A stretch of 23,206 nt of DNA from a virus. The stretch lies in the IMG/VR virus record IMGVR_UViG_3300043313_001399; one strand, given 5' to 3'. This document shows positions 16,032 to 23,121 of this stretch, in pieces (within the stretch, counting starts at the first letter, position 1; every line of letters starts with the position of its first letter). Both the position numbers and the translations under genes were made by a program. The notes beneath the pieces are model-generated. The model was not told the origin of the DNA. It worked only from the letters and a program-made list of their open reading frames with translations, and searched no databases.

Positions 16032-16264
16032 CAGCGGCCGCCTCGGCGCCTGCGTATCGCATCTATGCGCCTGGCCCGCTTAATCCAATCCTGGCGCAGG
16101 TCTTCAGGTTCCACGTCGTCTAGTTCCTGCTCAAGCTCAAGGCCTAGGGCCTCAAGCAAGCTGGTAACAGAGACGCCGTTATCTTCGCTGTAGCGTTGCC
16201 AGGCGCTATGGGCGCCTGTACTGAGATAGGCATGCAAGGCCTGCCTCGTTTCGTTGAATGGCAT
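16031..16264 (-). CDS. Hypothetical 77-aa protein, acidic centre and Arg-rich tail
   Basis: ATG at 16264 overlaps the upstream TGA (TGATG); the track start at 16267 is a TTG. '...GVSVTSLLEALGLELEQELDDVEPEDL...RRIDAIRRRRGGR'. Confidence 0.65.
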   Translation of the reverse strand: MPFNETRQALHAYLSTGAHSAWQRYSEDNGVSVTSLLEALGLELEQELDDVEPEDLRQDWIKRARRIDAIRRRRGGR

Positions 16265-16572
16265 CAAGTGTCTCCATGCTCTTTGTCGGTACGCCTGATG
16301 AATTCGACCCTGTAGACCGTCCTGCGTAGCACCTCATCACCCTTGGCCTGATAGCCAGGCTGATACTCGTAACGCCTGCTGCCGGGCACTACAGCGCCTG
16401 TGCGACGGTTGACGGTATCTATGCGCCTGGCCCTACAGGTTTCACACAGCAGGACGAACCGATAGAACCCATAACCATCAGGGCCACCTTCCCCGAGATG
16501 CCATGTATGCCCGAACGTCCGGCAATGCAGGTAGGCCTGCCCGTAATCCTTGGGCACCTTGGGTTTAGCCAT
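16264..16572 (-). CDS. Hypothetical 102-aa protein with candidate zinc site (C-x5-H ... C-x2-C)
   Basis: ATG at 16572 overlaps the upstream gene by 8 nt. 'HCRTFGHTWH' and 'LLCETCRARR'. Confidence 0.65.
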   Translation of the reverse strand: MAKPKVPKDYGQAYLHCRTFGHTWHLGEGGPDGYGFYRFVLLCETCRARRIDTVNRRTGAVVPGSRRYEYQPGYQAKGDEVLRRTVYRVEFIRRTDKEHGDT

Positions 16573-16786
16573 GGCGCCTACGGTTGACATAGCGCCACGT
16601 TAGAAGCGTGTTGAACGAGGCCAGGGCCTCGGCAGCCAGGGTCGGCCCTAGGGGTTCCACTATCTGCTCAAGCTCGACCATCAGGGCGCAGGTTTGCATG
16701 TAGGCCTCAGGGCCTAGAACCTGTAACAGCCTGTCGTCGGCCTGTTGCTTGAGCAGGGCTACCTGCTCGTCAGATTGACGGCTCAT
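16565..16786 (-). CDS. Hypothetical 73-aa helical protein
   Basis: Starts 6 nt after the upstream stop. No recognisable motif. Confidence 0.6.
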   Translation of the reverse strand: MSRQSDEQVALLKQQADDRLLQVLGPEAYMQTCALMVELEQIVEPLGPTLAAEALASFNTLLTWRYVNRRRHG

Positions 16787-16792
16787 TGAGGC

Positions 16793-17224
16793 TCAGCCTT
16801 CAGGGCCTTCTAGGACATCAGCAGCAGCTGTCAGGCGCTTATGTTCGGCCTCAAGGTCATCGGCCTTCAGGCGCAGCTTCAGGGCCTCGTTCAAGGCCCG
16901 CTGAGCTTCCTGGCGCAGCTTCACTAGCCAACGGTCCGTGGGCGACGCAGGGGCGCTAGGAACGGCCTCAGGGGCAAGGACAGGCTCAGGCTCAACCTCA
17001 GCGGCCTCGGCCTGGTCGACATCCTCAGGGTGAACCCTGGTTATGGACGAGGTTTCTAGGCCTTCCTTCCTGAGCCACGTTCTAATGCTGGCCTGCGCAC
17101 TGCTCTTGTTCTTGTAGACCTGCTCACGTAGGACGTTGCCATCTAGGTCTGTGACCCTAGCCAGGCAACGGCCGTAGGGCTGCTCTTGAAATTCCAGTGT
17201 GAGGTGACCGTGCGAGTCTGTCAT
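16793..17224 (-). CDS. Hypothetical 143-aa protein: small N-domain, Pro/Glu/Ala linker, C-terminal coiled coil; first gene of the leftward operon
   Basis: ATG at 17224 is preceded by GGAAGGGAG. The 53-codon N-terminal extension in the track ORF (to 17383) is Cys-rich and not protein-like. Confidence 0.6.
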   Translation of the reverse strand: MTDSHGHLTLEFQEQPYGRCLARVTDLDGNVLREQVYKNKSSAQASIRTWLRKEGLETSSITRVHPEDVDQAEAAEVEPEPVLAPEAVPSAPASPTDRWLVKLRQEAQRALNEALKLRLKADDLEAEHKRLTAAADVLEGPEG

Positions 17225-17276
17225 ATGGCCAAGCTGCTCCCTTCCTGAAGCTGCGCCGCATTGGGCTAGGCATGTG

Positions 17277-17304
17277 AAGGTAGCATACCTGCTTGTTGCG
17301 TCAA
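17277..17304 (-). promoter_or_regulatory. Sigma70-like promoter candidate for the leftward operon
   Basis: On the - strand: TTGACG (17304-17299), 16-nt spacer, TACCTT (17282-17277), about 50 nt upstream of ATG 17224. Confidence 0.25.
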
Positions 17305-17587
17305 GTATTTCTCTAAGAAAGTCAGGAACGCATAAGCGTAGCCACCCTAGGTGGCATACACAGGGCATATGGCGCGATGCCATGTAATCACCATCAGGTG
17401 ACTATGGCGTCAGGCGCCACTGTCTGCGGTTCTTGTGGGGCCACCATGGTTGACCTGCGGAAACGGTGGCTGTACCAATGGTGTCAGGAAGTCAAACCCA
17501 CATCAGGTGATGGGGCCACGACAGCCTGTCTTCAGCTAAGCCCCTTGAGCGCGACGTTGCGCAGGGGACAAGCCGTCCTGAGACATC

Positions 17588-17617
17588 TACCGCTAGCAGG
17601 CGCCTAGTTACCGCTAG
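17588..17617. repeat. 9-bp direct repeat taccgctag x2, 21-bp phasing, nested in an imperfect inverted repeat
   Basis: Copies at 17588-17596 and 17609-17617. gctagcaggc (17592-17601) pairs with gcctgcttagc (17621-31), with one extra t. Confidence 0.7.
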
Positions 17618-17638
17618 GTAGCCTGCTTAGCAATAGAC

Positions 17639-17666
17639 CGTATGGGTTAGTGGCATTACCCATACG
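17639..17666 (+). other. 9-bp stem / 10-nt loop hairpin 45 nt upstream of the first early gene
   Basis: cgtatgggt-tagtggcatt-acccatacg. Confidence 0.6.
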
Positions 17667-17710
17667 AGGCTATCCCCTGCGCTCCGTCACCCTTGCCATA
17701 AGGAAGTGAT

Positions 17711-18550
17711 ATGCCTGAACACAGGCCGTATGCGAGGGACCGTAACGCGCCACCGTCAGTGACACAGGTTGTAGGCACCCTAGACAAGCCAGGCTTGTCA
17801 TGGGGCGCAGCCAAGGAAACGGCCGCCTATGCGGTGCATCACATGGCCGCTTGGTCAGACCTCCCAAGTGATCGTGCCGTAAGCATCTTATACCGGCATC
17901 ACAGGGGAGTGTGGGACCATCGTGCCCTTGTTGGGTCAGCTATCCACGAGGTGAACGCGCAATGGTGTCAGGGGCGCGCGGTTCGCGTTCTAGACATCAT
18001 TCAGGACATCAGGGAACGGTCGCCCCTATGGCAGCAGGTGCCCGAGACAGACCTGTATGCGGAATTGCTGCCCATGGCGGACGGCCTCAGCAAGTTCTGG
18101 CTTAAGGCCCAACCTGTGCCCTTGTCATGGGAGCAGGTTGTGCGGTACCGGCCAGGGAACCCTGAACTTGACTACATCGGCACCCTTGATTGGCGGGCCG
18201 AGATTAACGGCCAGCCCTTGATCCTTGACCTGAAGACAACGGGTTCAGTGAAGCATGGGCAGGGTAAGTATTGGGATCAATGGCGCTTGCAATTGGCCGC
18301 ATACAGGTATGCAACCGAGGCCGTTCTTTACCGTGAGCACCTTGAGGTTGGAACGTTTGAGCTTCCTGAGGTAGCCGGCGCAGCTGTTGTGCACCTGTAC
18401 AGGGATGGCAAGGTCGAATTTAACCCTGTGAAGGCAGGGCCTCGTGAGCATGAAATCTTCCTGGCCCTGCGCCGTGTGTATGGATGGCGCCAGGCTGAAG
18501 GCCAGGCCATGGGCGATGCTGATATGACGCCTGCATTGGGGGCGTCATGA
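17711..18550 (+). CDS. PD-(D/E)XK (RecB/Cas4-like) exonuclease
   Basis: AAGGAAG RBS. 'PSVTQVVG', 'GTLDW' and 'LILDLKTT' give the D...(D/E)xK arrangement, and 'QLAAYRYA' is present. There is no C-terminal Cys cluster. A RecT-like gene lies downstream. Confidence 0.7.
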   Translation: MPEHRPYARDRNAPPSVTQVVGTLDKPGLSWGAAKETAAYAVHHMAAWSDLPSDRAVSILYRHHRGVWDHRALVGSAIHEVNAQWCQGRAVRVLDIIQDIRERSPLWQQVPETDLYAELLPMADGLSKFWLKAQPVPLSWEQVVRYRPGNPELDYIGTLDWRAEINGQPLILDLKTTGSVKHGQGKYWDQWRLQLAAYRYATEAVLYREHLEVGTFELPEVAGAAVVHLYRDGKVEFNPVKAGPREHEIFLALRRVYGWRQAEGQAMGDADMTPALGAS

Positions 18551-19086
18551 GCCCTGAAGATGCTGAGGAATATACGCAGGCATTGAGCCACGTTGCGTCA
18601 GGTGCCTGGCGACAGGTTGCCCTAGGACATCGCCTAGGTGTACCTCAGGCCCTAGGCCTGTCGACAGCTGAATGGGTAGCGCAACGCCTAGGTGGTTACG
18701 TACGCCTAGACCTGACTGAGCGCAGGCAAGCAGTGCAAGAACTGACAGGCCAGGGGATGTCTCAACGTCAGACAGGCCAAGTCCTTGGGGTGAGTCACGA
18801 AACGGTACGAAACGACCTAGGTGGCAGAAATTTGACACCTAGGTCAGGTGAGCACCCTTCCTTGCAATTCAGTGAGCTTGAGTCGCGCGTCCTGGTGATA
18901 CGCAGGACGTTGCGCAAGCTGCTTGCCATGGAAGCTGAGCTAGATGACGAGGCAAGGGAGATACTCGAAGTATCAATCAACATCGCTAGGTCGATATTGG
19001 GCCTTGTGGAAATGAAGTTTGTGGGTGCCGCAAACGTTGATTGGGATGCTGAGCTTGTCAGGTTGGGAGATGGGCCCGATGCATAG
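18547..19086 (+). CDS. HTH DNA-binding protein (179 aa)
   Basis: 'GMSQRQTGQVLGVSHETVRNDL' is a classic HTH, and 'LSTAEWVAQRLG' is a possible second one. ATGA coupling. Confidence 0.6.
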   Translation: MSPEDAEEYTQALSHVASGAWRQVALGHRLGVPQALGLSTAEWVAQRLGGYVRLDLTERRQAVQELTGQGMSQRQTGQVLGVSHETVRNDLGGRNLTPRSGEHPSLQFSELESRVLVIRRTLRKLLAMEAELDDEAREILEVSINIARSILGLVEMKFVGAANVDWDAELVRLGDGPDA

Positions 19087-19474
19087 AACCCATCTAGACA
19101 GGCTTGAGCTTGCGCTGATAGCGGATTCCCTGACCATTTGGCAAATGGCTGACCTGTTGGGCCTGTCTAGGCGTTCTGCGGCCAAGGTGCTTCAGGAACT
19201 GAGGGTAAGGCGTGGCAACGCCGGATTGCCCAATGTCGCAACTGAACAGGTAGACCCCGGTATGCCTCACATCTATTACTTGCATGATGGGGCAGAAGAC
19301 CTAGCGCCCTGGTCGCAGCGCAGTGTCAGCTACCTCAGGACAAACCTGACCACCATGACAGCCATGGCAAGGTCCAGACTTGCGCAGGCTGACAGCACAG
19401 ACAGGCCCGCCGCCGCAAGGTTCCTGCGCGACATAAGCAGGTGCCTGGAAGACATTCTTGAGGTGGACTCATGA
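19079..19474 (+). CDS. Winged-helix/HTH protein (131 aa)
   Basis: ATG at 19079 overlaps the upstream stop region. '[24 protein letters not shown]'. Confidence 0.55.
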   Translation: MHRTHLDRLELALIADSLTIWQMADLLGLSRRSAAKVLQELRVRRGNAGLPNVATEQVDPGMPHIYYLHDGAEDLAPWSQRSVSYLRTNLTTMTAMARSRLAQADSTDRPAAARFLRDISRCLEDILEVDS

Positions 19475-20406
19475 GCCTGGTCAATCCAAGAGACATCAGG
19501 GCGCAGGTTGACCTGATTAAACGGACCGTAGCCAAGGGATGCACAGACCTTGAGCTTGAGCTATTCATCAAGCAATGCGAACGGACCGGCCTTGACCCGT
19601 TCGCCAGGCAGATTTATGCGATCAAGCGTTGGGATAGCCAGCAACGTACCGAGGTTATGCAGACGCAGGTAAGCATTGATGGCCTGCGTACCCTGGCCGC
19701 CAATAGCGCAGAGATGGCAGGACAGGACGGGCCTTACTGGTGTGGCCCTGACGGCTTGTGGCGCGACGTTTGGCTAGGTGCTGATCCGCCAAGTGCTGCC
19801 AAGGTGACCGTCCTACGTGACCTGTCTGGCCTCGTACAAGGCCGGTACACAGGCGTTGCCCTATGGGACAGCTATTGCCAGACCACCAGGGAAGGCAGGC
19901 CTACGAGGATGTGGGCACAGATGGGGCCAGAGATGCTTGCTAAATGCGCTGAGGCATTGGCCTTGCGCAAGGCGTTTCCTCAGAGCCTGTCAGGCCTGTA
20001 TACGGGCGATGAGATGGGCCAGGCCAGCAACGAGGGACGCTCTGACCAGGGCAAATCCACGCAGAGGCCCCTAGAACGCCCTGTGACGGCCTCAACCCCC
20101 GTTCGGCCTGAATCCCCCATCCTGCCCCCGCCGAGGCCAGCAGCGGCGCCTACAGCGGCCTCTGAGCCTGCGCCTGACCCTGGCCCTGCTGAGGTTTCAG
20201 GCAACCTCGGATTTCAGGAGCGTGATCCCCTAGGCCCTATGCGCTCAAGGGTCAGCTTGAGCTTGGGACGCCTGAGCATGGACAACAGATCAGCGGTTCT
20301 TGCCAAGGGTGATGCTGAGCATTTGCAGTTGCCTGAGGAATCCTCGTTCACATCAGACCATGCAAACAGGTGGCTTGACCTTATTAAGGATGTGGACGCG
20401 CCATGA
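19471..20406 (+). CDS. recT: RecT/Bet-family single-strand annealing protein with Pro-rich disordered C-terminus
   Basis: '[24 protein letters not shown]', '[10 protein letters not shown]' and '[28 protein letters not shown]' match the remembered RecT/Bet pattern. Confidence 0.75.
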   Translation: MSLVNPRDIRAQVDLIKRTVAKGCTDLELELFIKQCERTGLDPFARQIYAIKRWDSQQRTEVMQTQVSIDGLRTLAANSAEMAGQDGPYWCGPDGLWRDVWLGADPPSAAKVTVLRDLSGLVQGRYTGVALWDSYCQTTREGRPTRMWAQMGPEMLAKCAEALALRKAFPQSLSGLYTGDEMGQASNEGRSDQGKSTQRPLERPVTASTPVRPESPILPPPRPAAAPTAASEPAPDPGPAEVSGNLGFQERDPLGPMRSRVSLSLGRLSMDNRSAVLAKGDAEHLQLPEESSFTSDHANRWLDLIKDVDAP

Positions 20407-20504
20407 CGTGTGAACCGTACAGCTGGCCTCAGGCGTTCCAAATGGCTGTTCTTATCGTTGCCGTGGCTGCCGTATTCATCGTTTGGTTGAGGAGCAAGCC
20501 ATGA
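20403..20504 (+). CDS. 33-aa single-pass membrane micro-protein (paralogue of 20842-20922)
   Basis: ATGA overlaps at both ends. [33 protein letters not shown]. Confidence 0.5.
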   Translation: MTCEPYSWPQAFQMAVLIVAVAAVFIVWLRSKP

Positions 20505-20845
20505 CAAAGACCGATTGGAAGGCCGTAGAACAGACCGTTGCGAAGTACCTGCGTGAGAACGGTTACGCGCTTGCCACGACCCATAGGTCAGCCCTAGGGC
20601 GCAATGGGAGCCATCAAGAGGCAGATATCGTAGGTACGCCTGGTGTGGCCTTTGAGGTTAAGTCACGTAAGGACCTGGACATCATGGGTTCCCTGCGCCA
20701 GGCCGATAACGCTGCTGTTGGTCAACAGATACCGGTCGTGGTGGCTAAGCCCATTGGTATGGGCCTCGGTACCGTTGCCTATTGGCCCTGCTTCACATAC
20801 CTCAGGCACCTCGTGCCCCTACTGCCAAAGGAGGGAGAACTATGA
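20501..20845 (+). CDS. Hjc-like PD-(D/E)XK nuclease (Holliday-junction resolvase candidate)
   Basis: GAGGAG RBS precedes ATG 20501. 'GSHQEADIVGTPGVAFEVKSRK' gives the D...E-x-K arrangement. 114 aa. Confidence 0.6.
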   Translation: MTKTDWKAVEQTVAKYLRENGYALATTHRSALGRNGSHQEADIVGTPGVAFEVKSRKDLDIMGSLRQADNAAVGQQIPVVVAKPIGMGLGTVAYWPCFTYLRHLVPLLPKEGEL

Positions 20846-20922
20846 CCGTTGAGATTTACCAGTGGGTAACCATCATCCTGTTGGCCTGCATTCTGGCTGC
20901 CATCCTCGTTAGGCGTCTCTGA
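20842..20922 (+). CDS. 26-aa single-pass membrane micro-protein (paralogue of 20403-20504)
   Basis: GGAGGGAG RBS and ATGA/TGATG overlaps. MTVEIYQWVTIILLACILAAILVRRL shares M-T-x-E-x-Y-x-W, then a TM helix, then a basic tail with the 33-aa peptide. Confidence 0.5.
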   Translation: MTVEIYQWVTIILLACILAAILVRRL

Positions 20923-21125
20923 TGGCAAGGAAACGCAAGGCTGAGCCTAAATTCACGTATCACAGGCCTGACGGTACGGTAGATGTAGCCGACAGGGCTG
21001 TATGCGTTCCCTGCGGTTGCGCGTCGGGTGATGGTCCGCCGCCTGCCGTTGGGGAATGCCCCTGCCCCTGCCATGACACGCCCCGCCTCTGGTGGTCTAT
21101 GCGGCCGTACAGGGCGGAGCCATGA
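20922..21125 (+). CDS. Hypothetical Cys-rich 67-aa protein
   Basis: TGATG coupling. 'CVPCGC...CPCPCH'. Confidence 0.45.
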   Translation: MARKRKAEPKFTYHRPDGTVDVADRAVCVPCGCASGDGPPPAVGECPCPCHDTPRLWWSMRPYRAEP

Positions 21126-21319
21126 GCGCCACAAGGCTCAGCAGAGAAGACCTACTGGCGCAGTACGGGCAGCTGGTCACGAGGATGGTCCGAGCAGGCC
21201 TTGACCCAACGCTCAGCCCTGAGGTTATTGACCTGTTCAGCGAGGGTGAGCTACAGGTGCTCATCAAGTCAGAGGCCGTAAGGCTGCTGCATTATCAACG
21301 CTTGGAATATGAGCGATGA
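21122..21319 (+). CDS. Hypothetical 65-aa protein
   Basis: ATGA overlap with the upstream stop. Helical sequence, no motif. Confidence 0.5.
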   Translation: MSATRLSREDLLAQYGQLVTRMVRAGLDPTLSPEVIDLFSEGELQVLIKSEAVRLLHYQRLEYER

Positions 21320-21963
21320 ACCCTAATGTGCCTGACGGGCAAGAGGCCGCCGTCATTCAGGCGCTTATGGTCAGGGCAACCTATGGCCAGGCTCAGATGT
21401 CAGAACGGCAGATAGCCAGGGCAACAGGCCTGTCTCGTTCCTGTGTTCAACGTACGTTGTCAAGGCTTGTCAAATCACGACAAGTATCGATTAAGGAACA
21501 AGCGGGCCACCTAGATCCCACATTGTGGGAAATCGCAGGTCAGGGGGTGGCCCGGGGGGTGGCCCACGAACCAGAAACAGCCCGCGAGAACGCCATTCCT
21601 ACTATGCCCTTCCAACTACTATCCCCTACGGGGATAGATAGTAGTTGGTTCACCTGCGCCTTTCACGCGCTCAGCAGAGCCTATTCAGACATGGCAAGCG
21701 GACGCATAAGCGTTGCATGTCGCAAATGTGCTGACACAGGCTATTGGGTTGATCGCGTGTCTGTTGAGTACACAAGGGCCTGGCTCAAGGTCTGTACTTG
21801 CGAGGTAGGTGAAGGCAAGAGCATCCCTGACCTAGGTGAGTACGTTACGGAACCCATCATTGCGTTCTGTCAGATGTGTGGAGACACAGGTTGGGTAACG
21901 GTTCATAACGGTCAGGTTCAGCGTTGCTATTCCTGCCGTAAGTCATGGGGTAAATACACATGA
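21316..21963 (+). CDS. wHTH + double zinc-finger protein (regulator or replication-initiator candidate)
   Basis: The N-terminus 'MSERQIARATGLSRSCVQRTLSRLV' is MarR-like wHTH. The C-terminus has two DnaJ-like CxxCxDTG motifs (CRKCADTGYW, CQMCGDTGWV), each followed by a second Cys pair (CTC, CYSC). Confidence 0.6.
   Translation: MNPNVPDGQEAAVIQALMVRATYGQAQMSERQIARATGLSRSCVQRTLSRLVKSRQVSIKEQAGHLDPTLWEIAGQGVARGVAHEPETARENAIPTMPFQLLSPTGIDSSWFTCAFHALSRAYSDMASGRISVACRKCADTGYWVDRVSVEYTRAWLKVCTCEVGEGKSIPDLGEYVTEPIIAFCQMCGDTGWVTVHNGQVQRCYSCRKSWGKYT
21543..21565 (+). repeat. Tandem iteron-like repeat gggggtggccc x2 (12-nt period)
   Basis: Copies at 21543-21553 and 21555-21565, encoding GVAR/GVAH in the interdomain linker. 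Confidence 0.8.
21612..21648 (+). other. 37-nt bulged hairpin (15 bp, 4-nt bulge, 3-nt loop), locally AT-rich, inside the CDS linker
   Basis: ccaactactatcccc-tac-ggggata[gata]gtagttgg. Confidence 0.75.
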
Positions 21964-22226
21964 GCACATTCAAGAGTACCCATCATGACAAGCATTACAG
22001 CAGCCCTGAATGGCGCGCCGTTAGGAAGCTGGTACTCAGGCGTGACGCCTACGTCTGTCAGCTGAAGGGTTCTAGGTGCCTCGGTAAGGCCACCATGGTC
22101 GACCATTGGATACCTCGTAGCCGAGGTGGAAGCGATGCGCTCAGCAACCTCAGGGCCTCATGCAAGCCATGCAATACACAGAAGAAAGACCGTATGCCGT
22201 TACCGTTTGTAACGGTCAATTGGTGA
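21960..22226 (+). CDS. HNH endonuclease
   Basis: 'MVDHWIPRSRGGSDALSNLRASCKPCNTQK' carries the H-N-H signature with flanking Cys pairs. It lies near the terminase across the cos-like region. Confidence 0.88.
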   Translation: MSTFKSTHHDKHYSSPEWRAVRKLVLRRDAYVCQLKGSRCLGKATMVDHWIPRSRGGSDALSNLRASCKPCNTQKKDRMPLPFVTVNW

Positions 22227-22238
22227 AAGGATAAGGCT

Positions 22239-22649
22239 ATGCCAATCGTGTTTGAGGAACCGCCGGCGCAGGAAGGGCTTGCTGCTCGATTCCGTGAGCG
22301 TTCCCCTGAGCGCAAAGAGATGGACGAAATGCTTGAGCAGCTTGTTCAGTACCCTGACCAATGGGCGCGTCTCTATGATTTCGACAAGGACGACAAGGAA
22401 GGGGCAGAGAAGCATGCAGGCAAGGTCCGTAGCGCTGCTGGTTACATGCAGACCGGCAAGGCCTGGTCGGTAGCGGTACGGGAGACGGGCCAGGGATGGT
22501 CTGTGTATGCCCGTATGTCGTCTGAGCCTGCCCGTAAGCGTGTCAGGAAGGACAAGGGCGCAGAGACGCAGGCGCAGCAGCCTGAGGCCGTTCAGGGCAA
22601 TGCAACGGCCCCTGAGCCTGAGCAGGTTAGGGAGCCTACGTTTCAGTAG
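22239..22649 (+). CDS. Hypothetical 136-aa protein (positional small-terminase candidate, no supporting motif)
   Basis: AAGGA RBS. It has a folded-looking N-terminal 95 aa and a basic, disordered tail. No HTH recognised. Confidence 0.5.
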   Translation: MPIVFEEPPAQEGLAARFRERSPERKEMDEMLEQLVQYPDQWARLYDFDKDDKEGAEKHAGKVRSAAGYMQTGKAWSVAVRETGQGWSVYARMSSEPARKRVRKDKGAETQAQQPEAVQGNATAPEPEQVREPTFQ

Positions 22650-22668
22650 GTATGCCTGCGTTGTATGC

Positions 22669-22713
22669 GGCCAGGCCTACAGGCTCGTAGCCATTGGCAA
22701 TGGCCAGGCCTAC
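22669..22713. repeat. 12-bp direct repeat ggccaggcctac x2 (33-bp phasing) flanking a 15-bp palindrome
   Basis: Repeat copies at 22669-22680 and 22702-22713. gccattg-g-caatggc is at 22690-22704. Confidence 0.8.
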
Positions 22714-22847
22714 CAGGCAGTACCGCCATGGGTAAGCAGGATGTGCGGTAGGTATTGCCGTATAGATGTGTCCTAGCTAGGCACGAGCAGGTGACGGCCC
22801 TGTTGGCAATGCCGACAATGGGAGCGCAGAGCCTGCTCATTTGGCTG

Positions 22848-22889
22848 GCCAGGGTCAGGGGGTCGCCACCATCGCCACCTGACCCTGGC
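22848..22889 (+). other. 12-bp stem / 18-nt loop GC-rich hairpin in the cos-like intergenic region
   Basis: gccagggtcagg (22848-22859) pairs with cctgaccctggc (22878-22889). No T-run follows. Confidence 0.65.
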
Positions 22890-23121
22890 TGCCATCTAGC
22901 CGTAGCCGTAGCGTTAGCGCATAATGCGTGCGGTTAGGCTCAAAGCCGGCGGTACCAGGCTCAGCCCGGCCAGCTCGAGGTGCTTCAACATACACCTCCG
23001 GTCACCTAGACAGATGGTGCGGGTGCGAGACAGGCCAGCACACAGGCCTCTGACCAGGGCTTATGCAGCGAGGCACAGGCAACCAGGCCATGCAAGACCG
23101 GACTATTTGAGGCTAAGTGCG

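Noticed and set aside
17225-17383. N-terminal 53-codon extension of the 16793-17383 ORF
   Set aside because: The extension (MASRHMPCVCHLGWLRLCVPDF...) is Cys-rich and not protein-like. It would swallow the promoter-like element. The internal ATG at 17224 has a GGAAGGGAG RBS.
17430-17520. ggggccac motifs in the control region as extra copies of the 21543-21565 iteron
   Set aside because: Only a 7-mer (gtggccc) is shared. About three such matches are expected by chance in a genome of this size and composition.
17377-17607. 76-aa + strand ORF in the divergent region as a possible Cro-like or zinc-ribbon first early gene
   Set aside because: It has no HTH, a mixed third-position composition, and a tail that reads through the repeat and hairpin region. 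It is kept only as a possibility, because a CxxC pair and an AGGTGA upstream of the internal ATG 17404 mean it cannot be excluded without comparative data.
20856-21134. 92-aa - strand ORF
   Set aside because: It is antisense to two coupled + strand ORFs in an otherwise uniformly rightward operon, and is Arg-rich.
22507-22937. ORFs 22507-22776 (89 aa), 22755-22937 (60 aa, TTG start) and 22643-22840 (- strand) as a missing small terminase
   Set aside because: They are Arg/Pro/Cys-rich and not protein-like. One overlaps the 3' end of 22239-22649 out of frame, and they run through the repeats and the 12-bp-stem hairpin. No HTH is present.
22918-23121. Longer terL start at ATG 22924 or 23014
   Set aside because: The upstream in-frame translation (MRAVRLKAGGTRLSPASSRCFNIHLRSPRQMVRVRDRPAHRP...) looks non-coding. 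ATG 23122 has a GAGG at suitable spacing.
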